In this document: positions 49,701-50,775 of the stretch, piece after piece
Position numbering within the stretch: the stretch's first letter is position 1
Layout: each line of letters starts with the position of its first letter
Assembly (NCBI GenBank): GCA_900617105.1
Contig: UYFQ01000833.1
Span: 1 to 50,775 of the forward strand
Direction of reading: 5' to 3'
DNA: 50,775 bases
DNA from: Hydrurus foetidus
Taxonomy: Eukaryota
The notes under the pieces: generated by a model
What the model saw: only the letters and a program-made list of their open reading frames with translations
Databases searched by the model: none
Told to the model about the DNA's origin: nothing
Made by a program: the position numbers and the translations under genes

Positions 49701-50775
49701 CTTTTGGGGTTCCTTTAGAGGTTTGCAAAGTCTCTTCAGGCTGACAGCCACATGTCATGACCACATCTTCAGAAGTCGAGACTCCCTTTATTGGGGTTGG
49801 TCGCGATGAAGTGCTGGATTTTATTTGATCTGGGAAAATCGAGAAGAGATCTAAATCTCGTATAATTTTTCTTCCCACTATCAGATCAATTTGTGTTTGT
49901 TCTAAAACATAAGCCTTGATTTGGAAAGAAGAATAATTATTTAAATCAGGGCAAAAATAAGAAAGAAGTTAAGTCGATGGTTTCAGAAATTTCATAGCAA
50001 TGATTATCTAAACCACTACAAACTTTACACGCTTTCTTAGATGATTTAGAAACATGTTGTGTTAAGTTAAGATTATTTATAACACGCCTAGCTATGAAAT
50101 TGCTGGCGATCGATCCGGTATCCAATAGAGTGAAGACTCTATTTTTCTCTTCCAGCGAAGTTTGCTGAGAAATATGAGAAATAAAGAAAGGGATTAGATG
50201 TTTATCCGACGAAACAGAAGGGTTGTCAATTGACGACATATTAAGGTTGTAAACGTAGTCACATTTTTGTTTCTTCGCGACACGAGTAGTGTCTGCTGAC
50301 GACGCAGCGGTCTTAGAAGACGCAGAAGAAGAGGAGGAAGCGGAAAAAGAAGATGTTCCGTACGCGTTTGGAATGAACGTCGCTTTGGGATCGATCTTCA
50401 AAAGATCTTTGCCTCCTTCCGACTGAAGGAAAGGTTTCTCGGTACTGTTAAAGTACGGAGAAGAGCCGAACCGACAAGTGGCTACTAAGTGGCCAAGTCT
50501 CCCACAGCCGGTACAGTGGGGTTTGTCAGATTGCTCAGGCTTCTCGTCCTCTCGTTGCCGTTTTTAATTCGTGGCTCTTGGGGAGGACGGTTAGAGTTTT
50601 TGATCTGGCGAGAATGATCGCCATAAGTCGGGTGAACGTCTACAAACCGTAAAGCATCAATTGCTTCTCGTAGCTTTCTTAGTTGCGCACGCCACACGAA
50701 TCGAAAATCATCGACCGTGATAAGACGTGGCGTTCTATCGAGAGTGCGGTACAAAACTGACCTCAATTAATGGGT
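46729..50775 (-). mobile_element. pol: Chromovirus-type Ty3/Gypsy gag-pol (knuckle, PR, RT, RNase H, IN, chromodomain) with about 5 frameshifts; runs off the right edge
   Basis: CTGCGRLGHLVATC; LLDTGS; MCIDYRNLN, LDLTQGYHQ, LPFG, YIDD; TDASDYG, TDHRNL, NDIADSMSRL; HNSQVGHFG..CSCCQK, IDFVGP, RSDNG, VERMN; chromodomain YFVEDILDHR...FLVKWLNY...TWEPYSNL. Confidence 0.96.

Overview
Eukaryotic genomic DNA with GT-AG introns and many microsatellites, most likely from a stramenopile/ochrophyte (inferred from gene and transposon types). Three host genes are supported. One is a multi-exon Cys-rich multipass membrane protein (10302-17655, -). Head-to-head with it is a LIV-1/ZIP7-type zinc transporter (18295-20591, +). 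The third is a membrane-anchored sedolisin (S53) protease with a ~6 kb tandem-repeat stalk (23814-33953, +). Both ends of the window are transposon nests. On the left, a Ty3/Gypsy element is inserted into the RT of a Ty1/Copia element, next to hAT-like remnants and MITEs. On the right are a Gypsy LTR/gag relic, an intron-containing pogo-like transposase, and a chromodomain Gypsy element with PPT and 3' LTR. The most unusual object is a ~6.1 kb intron-containing tyrosine-recombinase (Crypton-like) element at 35713-41812. It carries a palindrome-bearing repeat array, a terminal hairpin, and an internal duplication that breaks exactly at the hairpin loop. Many single-base frameshifts look like long-read consensus errors. 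All calls are from manual reading; no searches were run.
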